Of a stretch of 64,000 nt of DNA, positions 8,952 to 18,588 are shown piece by piece. Source of the stretch: Minisyncoccota bacterium (GTDB lineage Bacteria; Patescibacteriota; Minisyncoccia; Minisyncoccales; GWA2-38-27). Every line of letters begins with the position of its first letter. Position 1 is the stretch's first letter. The notes beneath the pieces are model-generated. The model saw only the letters and a list, made by a program, of their open reading frames with translations. It was not told the origin of the DNA and ran no database searches. A program made the position numbers and the translations under genes. The DNA is taken from positions 103,876 to 167,875 of the forward strand of contig JAQTZP010000001.1 of NCBI GenBank assembly GCA_028687715.1, given 5' to 3'.

Positions 8952-11230
8952 ACAAAGGAGGCAAAGCAGAATCATTAATGAAGCTGAAAAAAGCAGATTT
9001 TAATGTGCCCGTATTCTTTATTTGCGATCCCTTTGAAAATGAAAAAAATATTTTAAGCAAGAAAACCAGGTTTTTACCTCGCGTAGAATATTTTGCGGTG
9101 AGATCTTCTGCAAAAAACGAAGATTCTAAAAAGGAGTCTATGGCCGGATATTATTATTCAGCCGTTGGAGTATCTGGGAAAGATATATTTAAAGAGTTTT
9201 TAAAAGTAAAAAATTCGTTCAACAAAGAGAGCGGGTCGGTTATTATCCAAGAGTTTATACCAAGCGATAAGGCGGGCGTGATTTTCTCGCAAATTGGCGA
9301 CAATAATATTGTCATAAATTCTAATATTGGGCTTTGCCAAACAGTTGTAAATGGCCATGCATGCGACGAATATATTTGCGATGCAACTGGCAAAATAATA
9401 AATAAAAACATTCCAAAGGAAAAAGAGGTTCAAGTTTTTGAAGATGGCAACATAGTCCATGAAAAAAGATTTACAGAGTCGCTGAATATCCACGAGATAA
9501 GGCAATTAGTATCTGTTGCGATGAAAATTCAAAAATTATTTAAAGCGCCTCAAGACATAGAATGGTGTTTTAGGGGAGATGTTTTATATATTCTTCAATC
9601 CCGTCCAATAACCCGTAATTTTGAACCGATAAACGAAGAATATTTTTTTGATAGCGCCAATATCGCTGAAAGCTATTCAGGAGTTGTTTTACCGCTTACA
9701 TATTCCTATGCACAATTTGTTTACGAGAAAGCGTACAAGGACCTTTTAATTATGTCGGGAGTATCTAAAAGAAGAATTGAAGACAACTCATATATTTTTG
9801 AAAATTTGCTGGGATATTTTTATGGGAGAATGTATTACAATATGAATAATTGGTATCGTATGGCCTCTTTTGTGCCTGGCTACAGGAGAAATAAGCATAA
9901 TTTAGAGTCGATGATTACGAGCAATGTGAAGGAAGAGATAAGCACATCCATTAAACCTTCTTTTTGGCTTAAAATTTTTTATCCGTCCATTGTGGTTGCA
10001 AAAGTAATATTCTATGGAATAACTGCAAGATTTTTTAAATTTAGCGTCGGCAATAAAATTAATAATTTTCAGAGTTATGATTTCGACGGTTTAACCTACG
10101 AAGGGTGCAAAAATTTGTTTGATAGATTAACCAGAGAGATGTTGCATAGGTGGTATGTAACCTTGGAAAATGATTTTTTTGTAATGACATACTCTGGTTT
10201 GCTAAAAAAAATAATTACTCCCGAAAAATTACAGGAAATCATGATATTTAAGAGTACAGCGACGCAACAAGTCGCCGCTATTGCCGATTTAAGCTCGAAG
10301 ATGCAAAACGATAAGGATTTATGGAGTGCCGTTTTGGCGAATAACGCCAAAAAATTCGATGCAAGAGTTTCTGAAAATATCGAAGTTGAAAGGGCGCTTA
10401 ATAAGTACTTTAAAAAATTTGGAGGCAGATTCGCCAACGAACTCAAATTAGAATCAATCGGAATCGATGAAGATATTAAAAAGTTATTCCCAGTCTTGAA
10501 AGCATATAAAAATTATAAAATTGAAGAGCGCAAATTAGATTCTATAAATATCAATGCACCTTTTTATAAAAAGATATTAATCTTTTTTATACTAAAGAAG
10601 TTCAATAAGTATGCATCTCAAAGAGAGGAATTTCGCTTGTTGCGTTCAAGCGCATTCGGCATCGTCAGAAAAATTTTTAGAAGGATGGGTGCCTTGCTCG
10701 CAGATAAATGTATTATCGGTGATTCGGATGATATTTTTTATTTATCAATGAAAGAAGTTTTTGAATTAAATTTAGAAAATAATCCGCTGATAAGTTTGAT
10801 TAGGAAAAGAAAGCAAGAATATTTATCCTACAAAAAAATTTCAACACCGGTTCATTTTTCTTCTAAAGATGATATAGCGATAAAAGAAGCGGACAAAAAA
10901 ATAATAAAGAAAAACCATATTAAGGCAAATCCTGCGTCAAACGGCACATCTAAGGGCAGAATCAAAATTTTTAAGGATTTTTTTATGCCAGATTCTATCG
11001 ATTTCGATATTCTTGTTGCCTCGCACACAGATCCTGGATGGACGCCCCTTATAGCGCTCTCAAAGGGCATGATAATAGAACATGGAGGAGTTCTATCCCA
11101 TGCATCAATTGTTGCAAGGGAATTGAATATCCCGGCGGTTATTGGTGCAACGGGCATTATGGATCAATTAAAAGATGGCCAAATAGTAGAAATTAATGGC
11201 TCTACAGGTTTTATTAAAATTATTTGTTAA
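8948..11230 (+). CDS. PEP-utilising phosphotransferase (PPDK_N ATP-grasp plus C-terminal swivelling His domain; rifampin-phosphotransferase/PpsA-like architecture)
   Basis: The N-terminus shows GGKAESL.., ..RSSA..ED, IIQEFIP and DIEWCF..LYILQSRPIT. The C-terminus shows HTDPGWTPL...GGVLSHASIVARELNIPAVIG. It lacks the PEP/pyruvate TIM-barrel C-terminus of the true ppsA at 35889. Confidence 0.7.
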   Translation: MNKGGKAESLMKLKKADFNVPVFFICDPFENEKNILSKKTRFLPRVEYFAVRSSAKNEDSKKESMAGYYYSAVGVSGKDIFKEFLKVKNSFNKESGSVIIQEFIPSDKAGVIFSQIGDNNIVINSNIGLCQTVVNGHACDEYICDATGKIINKNIPKEKEVQVFEDGNIVHEKRFTESLNIHEIRQLVSVAMKIQKLFKAPQDIEWCFRGDVLYILQSRPITRNFEPINEEYFFDSANIAESYSGVVLPLTYSYAQFVYEKAYKDLLIMSGVSKRRIEDNSYIFENLLGYFYGRMYYNMNNWYRMASFVPGYRRNKHNLESMITSNVKEEISTSIKPSFWLKIFYPSIVVAKVIFYGITARFFKFSVGNKINNFQSYDFDGLTYEGCKNLFDRLTREMLHRWYVTLENDFFVMTYSGLLKKIITPEKLQEIMIFKSTATQQVAAIADLSSKMQNDKDLWSAVLANNAKKFDARVSENIEVERALNKYFKKFGGRFANELKLESIGIDEDIKKLFPVLKAYKNYKIEERKLDSININAPFYKKILIFFILKKFNKYASQREEFRLLRSSAFGIVRKIFRRMGALLADKCIIGDSDDIFYLSMKEVFELNLENNPLISLIRKRKQEYLSYKKISTPVHFSSKDDIAIKEADKKIIKKNHIKANPASNGTSKGRIKIFKDFFMPDSIDFDILVASHTDPGWTPLIALSKGMIIEHGGVLSHASIVARELNIPAVIGATGIMDQLKDGQIVEINGSTGFIKIIC

Positions 11231-11232
11231 GT

Positions 11233-12240
11233 ATGAATATTGAAATTAAAAAGTATACACCAGAAACAATACTCCCAGAGCTGATAGATTTATTAAACAG
11301 GAAATATGGAAGCCATAAAAACTTCGATTATTTTATAAAAGACTATAATGCGGCGTTTACTTTTTGCGTGAAAAATAGGAATATACAATTTGAACCTATT
11401 GCCGTTTATTCAAATGGAGAATTGAGGGCTTATGCCGCAATCATTAAGGATAATCGCTTGAAAGACGGTGAAGTTTTTTTTGGTTTTTTCGAATCATCGA
11501 ACGAACCAGAAATATTTAATTTATTATGGAATGAATTAAAAATATTAGCTAAAAAATTGGGCGCATCTTTGATTAAGGGGCCGATTAATGGCAGTATTTG
11601 GCATCAATACCGCACAGTTAAAGAATCGAATGGGTCAACTTTCTTTAAATCTGAAGTTATTTCTGAAACATATTATTATGATTTTTTGAGATCTCGGAAG
11701 CCTAAGTTAGTGATTGATTATTATTCCGCATATCGAGAAAAATTTTCTGCTATTATTAATGCCGGAAAACCATCGTACGAAAAGCTCAGCGATTACGGCT
11801 TTTCCATCCAAGTAGCTAAAAACGCGAGTGAAACTGATCTGCAACAAATCGCATCGTTGTCGAGAAAAATTTTTAACGCGAATTGGGGCTTTACAGACCT
11901 CTCGGATGAGGAATTTTTACAACTTTATTCTGCCGAGAAGCTTGAGTCGCATTTGAGTAAATTATATTTACTGCGAAAAGGCAGCGACATTGTTGGGTTC
12001 AGCAACATTTTAAAAGGGGATGAATCGACTCTTATATTCAAGACTATAGGTGTTCTGCCCGAATATCATCGTTTGGGCCTTGGCAATGCGTTGGCGTTTA
12101 AGGCGCACCTTGATGCAGAAAGAGATGGTATTAAGAAAATGATATACGCCCTAATAAAAGAGGACAATAATATTAAAAATTTTCCAAAGGACGATGCTGT
12201 AATATTCCGCAAATATAGCGCCTTTGAATTTAAAATATAA
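11233..12240 (+). CDS. Two-domain GNAT-fold acyltransferase-like protein
   Basis: C-terminal GVLPEYHRLGLGNALAFKAH resembles GNAT motif A. 335 aa; overlaps the upstream gene. Confidence 0.45.
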   Translation: MNIEIKKYTPETILPELIDLLNRKYGSHKNFDYFIKDYNAAFTFCVKNRNIQFEPIAVYSNGELRAYAAIIKDNRLKDGEVFFGFFESSNEPEIFNLLWNELKILAKKLGASLIKGPINGSIWHQYRTVKESNGSTFFKSEVISETYYYDFLRSRKPKLVIDYYSAYREKFSAIINAGKPSYEKLSDYGFSIQVAKNASETDLQQIASLSRKIFNANWGFTDLSDEEFLQLYSAEKLESHLSKLYLLRKGSDIVGFSNILKGDESTLIFKTIGVLPEYHRLGLGNALAFKAHLDAERDGIKKMIYALIKEDNNIKNFPKDDAVIFRKYSAFEFKI

Positions 12241-12860
12241 TGTTTGCATCAATAATATTTTTTTTAATAATACTTTTCGGACTTATCTTAAATGAATTTG
12301 TCTCGAGGAAGTTTTTGATACCAGCCCATTTCAGCAGAAAAATGGCGCATATTTTTTCTGCATTAATAGTTTTTGCAATGCCCTTTTTCCTTTCGAAAAA
12401 CGAGATAATTATAATCGCCGTAATCTTTGCCATAATACTATTTTTGACTCGCAGAAAAAATATTTTTTCTTCTATCCATTCTGTTGAACGTAAAACCTTC
12501 GGGGAAATATTCCTCCCAATGGGAGTGGCTCTTTGTGCCTTTTGCTTTTTACCACAGAAAACTACTGCGTTTCAATTTGGTATTTTGATTATGGGAATAT
12601 CCGATGCTTTGGCCTCTATTTTCGGAGAAAAATTTGGCAAACATATTATTAAGTTGTTTGGTCATAAAAAAAGCATTGAAGGATCTGCTGTATTTTTTAT
12701 AAGCAGTACCATTATAGCATTATTTTTTACCAGTGGTTTTAACTATTGTATTTTTTCAGTTGCAATAATTCTTACATTTACAGAATTAGTGTCCGTTATT
12801 GGGCTCGATAATCTTATTTTGCCAGTGTTGGGCGCATATATGATTCAATTTATAAAATAA
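12240..12860 (+). CDS. Phytol/dolichol-kinase-like membrane protein (CTP-dependent cytidylyltransferase family 1)
   Basis: 206 aa, polytopic. GISDALASIFGEKFGKH...KKSIEGSAVFF matches the GDxxAxxxGxxxGK...K(S/T)xEGS signature of the CdsA/dolichol kinase/phytol kinase family. TAATG overlap. Confidence 0.55.
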   Translation: MFASIIFFLIILFGLILNEFVSRKFLIPAHFSRKMAHIFSALIVFAMPFFLSKNEIIIIAVIFAIILFLTRRKNIFSSIHSVERKTFGEIFLPMGVALCAFCFLPQKTTAFQFGILIMGISDALASIFGEKFGKHIIKLFGHKKSIEGSAVFFISSTIIALFFTSGFNYCIFSVAIILTFTELVSVIGLDNLILPVLGAYMIQFIK

Positions 12861-13312
12861 TGCCGCCGAAATATACGCTAGAGAAAATTAAATTTGGTAC
12901 AGGTGCTCCCACGTTTGAGAAAGTGTTGGAGCTTTACGAGGGTGGCAAGGTGACTAAGTTCAGGGAAGAACTTAACGGCTATTTTGCTGTTGTAGCTGGA
13001 ACACATGAATATAATGTTTATGTAGAAAAAAGCCATTATGACCGCGGTGATTGCGATTGCTATTTAGGCCAGCATGAAACCTTGTGCAAACATATGGTTG
13101 CGGTAGCAATTTACGCCGCCATGGGCGGCAAGGAATTAAGTAACGAAGATAAACAAACAATTGCGAAATTATTTTTGAAGTTAAATGCCGATTATTACGC
13201 CGGATTGTCTTCCGCGGTTATGTTTAGGACGGTAGGCGATTATCTCCGATACGCACTTTCAAAAATTACATTTCTGAAACCGATTTATATACTACCGATA
13301 AAATCGTTTTAG
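12860..13312 (+). CDS. SWIM zinc-finger protein, possibly frameshifted (a second open frame runs 13228-13563)
   Basis: CDCYLGQHETLCKH is the CxCx(n)CxH SWIM signature. The C-terminal tail is low-complexity. Frame 1 is open from 13228 and overlaps the 3' end. Confidence 0.5.
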   Translation: MPPKYTLEKIKFGTGAPTFEKVLELYEGGKVTKFREELNGYFAVVAGTHEYNVYVEKSHYDRGDCDCYLGQHETLCKHMVAVAIYAAMGGKELSNEDKQTIAKLFLKLNADYYAGLSSAVMFRTVGDYLRYALSKITFLKPIYILPIKSF

Positions 13313-13668
13313 GAAAAATTGAACCGCACATTAAAACAGATACGGAATTAAGTTTGTTGTTTGATAGAATGAACAATAAAATCGGTTTCAGAAATAATCC
13401 AAACGATTATACCGGAAAAGTTTTTTGCAAATCGCGAGTGGTGAATCCTCTTTGTCGGCATAATGGAAAAATTATGAGAGTTTCAGAAATAAATCCGAGC
13501 TGGGGTGGTATAATAGAGCGAGAGTCAAAACCGAAAGAGTATTTTTTGAAATTTGATAAATAGGCGGCGCGCCAGAGATGTATAGTTTGACCCATTTGCA
13601 AATAGATGTTATATTAATAACAATTGTTCTTTTACATAAATATGCTGACATCTCGAGAGGGCAAAACC

Positions 13669-14541
13669 ATGAACTGGTTACCACTATTATTGATGCTCGC
13701 AATAACATTTTGTTTAAGTATTTTAGGCAAATTAGTTATTAATCAACTACCAACAATTAAGGTGCTATTTGTAATGTATTTGTTTTGTTCTTTGTTGGTT
13801 TTTCTTTATTGGGCCGTTTTTGATAGGACATTTTTATATACCAAAGACTTTTTGCTGATATCTATAGGACTTGCTTTCTTAAATTATATTGGGGCTCAAT
13901 GTCAATGGTCCGCCTATAGGATAAATATGAGCAGAACCTCTCTTTTTCTGCCATTGACTAGTTTATTCGCAGCTATTTTGTATTGTATTTTTCTTCAGGA
14001 ATATGAACATTTAAGTTTTTTAGCTATTCTTGGATTCATTTTTCATTTAGTCGCGATATGGCTTTTTAAAATAGGGCAGAATAAAGGAAATAGAGAGAAG
14101 GATAATGCTTACGGGAAGTGGTTATTGTTAACAACCATATTGGTTATAGATAATGCCCTGATATACTTCTTCATTAAACTTTTATCTTTTGATATACCAA
14201 AAATACATTTTTTAGTATTTTGGTATTCAGGTTGTCTTTTTTATTTTTCCTTGACCTTTATTTTTAAAAAGGAGGGACAAATAGAGCCGTTAAGGAAAAA
14301 GCTATTCCTTCTTATTCCTTTGATAAGCTTGTTAACTATTTTTAATTTACTTTGCCAGTATTGGGCATTCCAGTTAAACTCTGGTACTACCACAGTTTCC
14401 TTTATTGCTCTTAACTCAACCTTCGTACCAGTAGTAGTCGGATGGATTGTTTTTAAAGAAGGTAAGAATATTAGTAAAATTGAAATAATAGGATTTTTGT
14501 GCGGTATAGCAGCTGCAATTCTTATTATTACATCGTATTAA
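13669..14541 (+). CDS. EamA/DMT-like 10-TM transporter
   Basis: About 290 aa with roughly ten hydrophobic helices in two halves. Start chosen at MNWLPLL. Confidence 0.45.
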   Translation: MNWLPLLLMLAITFCLSILGKLVINQLPTIKVLFVMYLFCSLLVFLYWAVFDRTFLYTKDFLLISIGLAFLNYIGAQCQWSAYRINMSRTSLFLPLTSLFAAILYCIFLQEYEHLSFLAILGFIFHLVAIWLFKIGQNKGNREKDNAYGKWLLLTTILVIDNALIYFFIKLLSFDIPKIHFLVFWYSGCLFYFSLTFIFKKEGQIEPLRKKLFLLIPLISLLTIFNLLCQYWAFQLNSGTTTVSFIALNSTFVPVVVGWIVFKEGKNISKIEIIGFLCGIAAAILIITSY

Positions 14542-14548
14542 GATTTAT

Positions 14549-14579
14549 AAGCTACGAGATTTATATCGTAGCTTTTTTA
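14549..14579 (+). terminator. Rho-independent terminator
   Basis: AAGCTACGA / TCGTAGCTT stem followed by TTTT. Confidence 0.7.
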
Positions 14580-14700
14580 TAATAAGTATATTAAAGTATA
14601 GAAAGAATATAGGCTAAGTTTATAGGTGTATAAGTTGACACAATTTATTATAAAAATATAATAATACCAGTACCAGCTTCCCTTTCTAAAGGAGAAAGCT

Positions 14701-14952
14701 ATGTTCTTGGCGAAGCTTTATTTAAGCATCGGGTTGTTCTTCTTTATAACTCTTCTTTTCTGGGATTTTTGCCTGATAGCGCTTTCTTTTTTAATGTGTT
14801 TTAAATACGAAAAAGGAAGGTATGAGTTTCCTAAAAAAGAGTTTTGCGAGTCAGTTCTATCAGCAACAGCTTCTATTATTTTCTGGCCCGTTGTAATAAT
14901 TCTAATGATCTCTGGACTCAGCTCTTATTTTAAAAGACAATCAAATGCTTAA
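14701..14952 (+). CDS. Small membrane protein
   Basis: 83 aa with two or three TM helices. Preceded by TTGACA-N16-TATAAT (about 14634-14661) and an AAAGGAG motif 7 nt before the ATG. Confidence 0.5.
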   Translation: MFLAKLYLSIGLFFFITLLFWDFCLIALSFLMCFKYEKGRYEFPKKEFCESVLSATASIIFWPVVIILMISGLSSYFKRQSNA

Positions 14953-15051
14953 AATATTAAGCCTATTGGGAATAATCCTAAGGCTTTTTTTTATCATTTA
15001 ATTGATTTTCTTTTAAAATATGGTTATTGTTAATTTAATCAGACAAATATT

Positions 15052-16119
15052 ATGCCTCTTTCAATAGGAATAGTGGGTTTGCCCAATGTCGGCAAATCAA
15101 CTCTATTTCAGACTTTAACTAAAAAACAGGTAAATATAGCTAATTATCCTTTCTGCACCATTGAACCGAGCATTGGTGTTGTTGCCGTTCCTGATGAAAG
15201 AGTGGACAAGCTTGCCCAATTAAATAAATCATTAAAAAAGATATATACCGCTATTGAGTTTTTTGATATTGCCGGACTGATAAAAGGGGCAAATAAAGGA
15301 GAGGGCTTGGGCAATAAGTTCTTGGCAAATATCAGGGAGACTGATGCAATTATCTATGTTCTTAGAGCCTTCTTAAATAAGGATATAATCAATACTCAAC
15401 AAGGCATTAATCCTTTGGCCGAGAAAGAAATCTTAGATACGGAATTGATATTAAAGGACTTAGAAACAATTGAAAAAAGAATCATTAGCTTAGAAAGCGA
15501 GATAAGGGCTAACAAGAAAGAGGCTGTTAAAGAATTGGAAGCTGTTAAAAGAATAAAAGAGCTTTTGGATAAGGGAAAGATATTAAGCGAGGAGCATTTA
15601 ACCGATGAAGATAGAAAAGTCATCGGGCAGTATCAGTTATTGACATCCAAGCCCAGATTATATCTATTGAACGGAAAAGATGAAGAAGTTGATGCAGATA
15701 CAATAGAAGAATTTAAAAAGAATAATTGGCATTTTTTAATAGCAGACCTTTTAACAGAATTTGAGACAGCTGATATTAAAAAGGAAGAACGTATTTCTTT
15801 GGGTTTATCCTTAGAATCTGAACTGGATATGGTTATTAAAAAAGCTTATGAGATACTGGGGCTTATAACTTTTTTTACCACAGGTCCTGATGAAACGAGA
15901 GCCTGGACTATAAAAAAGGGAGAGAAAGCGCCTCAAGCAGCAGGAATAATTCACAGCGATTTTGAAAAGCACTTTATAAAAGCAGAAGTTGTAAGCTACA
16001 GCGACCTTATTTCATCTTCAGGCTTTACAGGAGCCAGAGAAAAAGGATTGATTAGGATTGAAGGCAAAGAATATGTTGTTTTAGACGGCGATGTCATTGA
16101 GATAAAGCATGATGCTTAA
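15052..16119 (+). CDS. ychF: Ribosome-binding ATPase YchF
   Basis: GIVGLPNVGKSTLF P-loop, a coiled-coil insert, and a C-terminal TGS-like region FFTTGPDETRAWTIKKG...HSDFEK. Confidence 0.9.
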   Translation: MPLSIGIVGLPNVGKSTLFQTLTKKQVNIANYPFCTIEPSIGVVAVPDERVDKLAQLNKSLKKIYTAIEFFDIAGLIKGANKGEGLGNKFLANIRETDAIIYVLRAFLNKDIINTQQGINPLAEKEILDTELILKDLETIEKRIISLESEIRANKKEAVKELEAVKRIKELLDKGKILSEEHLTDEDRKVIGQYQLLTSKPRLYLLNGKDEEVDADTIEEFKKNNWHFLIADLLTEFETADIKKEERISLGLSLESELDMVIKKAYEILGLITFFTTGPDETRAWTIKKGEKAPQAAGIIHSDFEKHFIKAEVVSYSDLISSSGFTGAREKGLIRIEGKEYVVLDGDVIEIKHDA

Positions 16120-16180
16120 TAAAATATTATTTTGATGTTAAAATAAATAAAAGTCGAATAATAGTATCAATAATAAAGAT

Positions 16181-16876
16181 ATGAGAAAGATATTTATTTC
16201 CTTTACAATCCTATTATTTTTCACCGGAGCATTTAGCGTTTCAGCCCGAGACAATGAGCTTTCTTCTGCGGGGATTACTCCCGACAACCCTTTTTATTTC
16301 CTGAAAATCTGGAAAGAATCAATCCAGACGTTTTTTATTTTTGGAGCGGAAAACAAAGTAAAGCAGTACCTTCATTTGGCTGAAGTCAGATTAGCTGAAT
16401 ACGAGAAAATGATTGAAAAAGGCAAAGATGAAATTGCCAAAAAAACATTGGAAAAGTATGAAAATCAATTAAACCGCGCTTTAGAGAAAGCTGAACAGTT
16501 AAAAGAACAGGGGAAAAACATAGAAGATATTTCGCAGAAAACAGAGGATATTTTATCAAAACATATTGATGTTTTACAAAAGAACCTTGAAAAAGTTCCA
16601 GATTCAGCTAAGAAAGGAATTGAAAATGCGATAGAGGCGTCAAGCAAGGTTTTTAATAAGATTGGGCTTAAAAGCAAGGAGGAGAGAGCTTGTATTAGGA
16701 CAGGAGGAACTGTGTCTGTTTCTTCATGCTGTAAGTCAGCTTCTGATTTCCCAAACACCTGCCTTATAGGCGCCTGCGGATGTTCATTAGAAAACAGCCA
16801 TGAAGTAAAAGTTTGCGAATGCCAAGAAGGGAAGTGCTTTGACGGTAATAAATGCGCAGAGATTTCATTAGAATAG
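16181..16876 (+). CDS. Secreted protein with an N-terminal helical (DUF5667-like) domain and a Cys-rich C-terminus
   Basis: Signal peptide; NPFYFLKIWKE motif; eight or more Cys in the last 60 aa. Confidence 0.5.
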   Translation: MRKIFISFTILLFFTGAFSVSARDNELSSAGITPDNPFYFLKIWKESIQTFFIFGAENKVKQYLHLAEVRLAEYEKMIEKGKDEIAKKTLEKYENQLNRALEKAEQLKEQGKNIEDISQKTEDILSKHIDVLQKNLEKVPDSAKKGIENAIEASSKVFNKIGLKSKEERACIRTGGTVSVSSCCKSASDFPNTCLIGACGCSLENSHEVKVCECQEGKCFDGNKCAEISLE

Positions 16877-16901
16877 ATGATAATAAAGTATTTAATAATT
16901 T

Positions 16902-16935
16902 AAAAACCGCAAGTGATGCACTGCTTGCGGTTTTT
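16902..16935. terminator. Bidirectional terminator between convergent genes
   Basis: AAAACCGCAAG / CTTGCGGTTTT, with A and T runs on both sides. Confidence 0.7.
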
Positions 16936-16970
16936 ATGAGGCGCGAATCTCCATAATTAAACATTCTCCT

Positions 16971-17516
16971 TTATTCTTTAAAAAATCGTCTCAGAAAAGA
17001 CCTAAAAGACTTTGATTCGGGTTTGAGCTTGGGCCGAGGGGCTTTGTATTCCATAACATAACCGTCATCTTCATTAAATCCTTTGAAAGGCTTATAGACT
17101 ACAGCGGTTGCCTTAAATCCATTGTTTTTGAAAAAAAACTGGCCTTTTAGATTCCTTTCGCCTATCATAATAGTAATTTTCTTTTGCTGAATTGACGCTG
17201 AAATCCCCATAACTTTCGCCAAAAGCTGGCTACCTATTCCCATCCGGCGGTAAGCAGGATGGACTGCAATGCCGAATATCTCAATGAATCTTTTCCTAAT
17301 CTTGTAAATTATGTATCCTATCAGCTGTCCGTTATAAACAGCCACAATGCCGTTTGCGGGGTTTTTCCCTTTGGTTAAGCAGTTATAAAAATCATTCGGC
17401 TTCCAGGGATAACGAAAGCTTTGATTTTCAATTTCTATTACAGCAGATAAATCCCGGTCTAAAGACATCCAATAAAAAGAAGCAGTTATTTCGTGCTCTT
17501 TTTCTGAAATAGTCAT
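16971..17516 (-). CDS. GNAT N-acetyltransferase (RimI-like)
   Basis: IFGIAVHPAYRRMGIGSQLL is motif A. 181 aa. A strong AAGGAGG lies 7 nt upstream. Confidence 0.75.
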   Translation of the reverse strand: MTISEKEHEITASFYWMSLDRDLSAVIEIENQSFRYPWKPNDFYNCLTKGKNPANGIVAVYNGQLIGYIIYKIRKRFIEIFGIAVHPAYRRMGIGSQLLAKVMGISASIQQKKITIMIGERNLKGQFFFKNNGFKATAVVYKPFKGFNEDDGYVMEYKAPRPKLKPESKSFRSFLRRFFKE

Positions 17517-17667
17517 AGCGCGCCTCCTTTACAAAGAACTGTCACAGGATGTTGTCCTATTTTATCATATTCTATATTTCTAATATACTTTGTCAATTTT
17601 TTATTGACAGATTCATAATATTGAATATTATACAGACAGGACCTTTCAGTCTTTTTCAAGGAGAGAG

Positions 17668-18075
17668 ATGATGAGTTCTTTGGAACCGCCAGAAAATAAT
17701 GTTTTCTACGAAGATAATTTTTGTTGCGCTTGGCTCGTTTCTGAAGCAGTGGCAGAAGGCCATACGATAGTGGCTTTAAAAGAAGAGATAACGGATATTA
17801 ACAATATTCCCTTGGCTGATTACAAAGTTTTGGCTGAGATTATCTATTTTGTAAGAGACGCGCTTATTAAGGTTTTTAAGGTTGATAACGTCTATATTCT
17901 TTACATCAATGATAGAAAGCGCGTTCATTTTCATCTTATTCCGCGCGCAAAAGGAGGGGTTGAGGGTCTTAAGCTCCTAACTCAGGCGCCTCATCAATTG
18001 TCAGACAAAGAGCTGGAAAATATCCATATGCTTAGATTCCTGATGGAGAGTTTCAAGTTAGAGGAGATTATTTAG
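17668..18075 (+). CDS. HIT-family hydrolase
   Basis: Histidine triad VHFHLIPR. Confidence 0.75.
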   Translation: MMSSLEPPENNVFYEDNFCCAWLVSEAVAEGHTIVALKEEITDINNIPLADYKVLAEIIYFVRDALIKVFKVDNVYILYINDRKRVHFHLIPRAKGGVEGLKLLTQAPHQLSDKELENIHMLRFLMESFKLEEII

Positions 18076-18100
18076 TTCTTTTTTCAAGGGATAAAAATAA

Positions 18101-18164
18101 AGCAGGTTTTACCGCCTGCTCTTTTGTTAATAATAAAACCCCCTCCCCAAAAGGGGGGTTTTTA
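18101..18164. terminator. Two tandem hairpins forming a bidirectional terminator
   Basis: AGCAGG..CCTGCT+CTTTTG and AAAACCCCCT..GGGGGGTTTTT. Confidence 0.7.
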
Positions 18165-18183
18165 TTTCTGTTTGCCATAGAAC

Positions 18184-18588
18184 TTATTTTTTATAAGGGA
18201 TAAGCTTTAATATATTATATGGGAGAATTCTTTGAACCCCTTTTTGCCTTGATGAAAGATAAAACAATGTTATATAGCCTATAACCACAATATTTATAAT
18301 AAAGCTAATCAAGATTATAGGCCTTATAAATAGAAATAAGTTTGCTATAGAAAAAGTAAAATCTAAATTTATCAAATGGTTTAACGCTATCTGGGGCATA
18401 TTAACTTCTATTAATCTGTTTACTATATGCCAAGCGTGGGCTGAAAGATCTATGAGCATTAAAAAAACAATAAAGATAATGGGCTTTTTGAATTTCAAGA
18501 ATAAAGCCTTCTGCATAATTTTATTGTGCAGGTCTTCAGGTATTTCAATATCTTCAATTGATTTAATTTGTTGAGAAATTGAACTCAT
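18184..18588 (-). CDS. Membrane protein overlapping the sigma factor gene (putative anti-sigma factor)
   Basis: 134 aa, TM-rich; its 5' end overlaps the sigma gene by 26 nt. The role is assigned from position only. Confidence 0.4.
   Translation of the reverse strand: MSSISQQIKSIEDIEIPEDLHNKIMQKALFLKFKKPIIFIVFLMLIDLSAHAWHIVNRLIEVNMPQIALNHLINLDFTFSIANLFLFIRPIILISFIINIVVIGYITLFYLSSRQKGVQRILPYNILKLIPYKK

Noticed and set aside
8948-11230. Annotating the 763-aa PEP-utilising protein as a second PEP synthase
   Set aside because: It lacks the C-terminal PEP/pyruvate-binding TIM-barrel motifs (for example GSNDLTQL) present in the true ppsA at 35889. Its architecture matches the ATP-grasp plus substrate domain plus swivel-His phosphotransferases.
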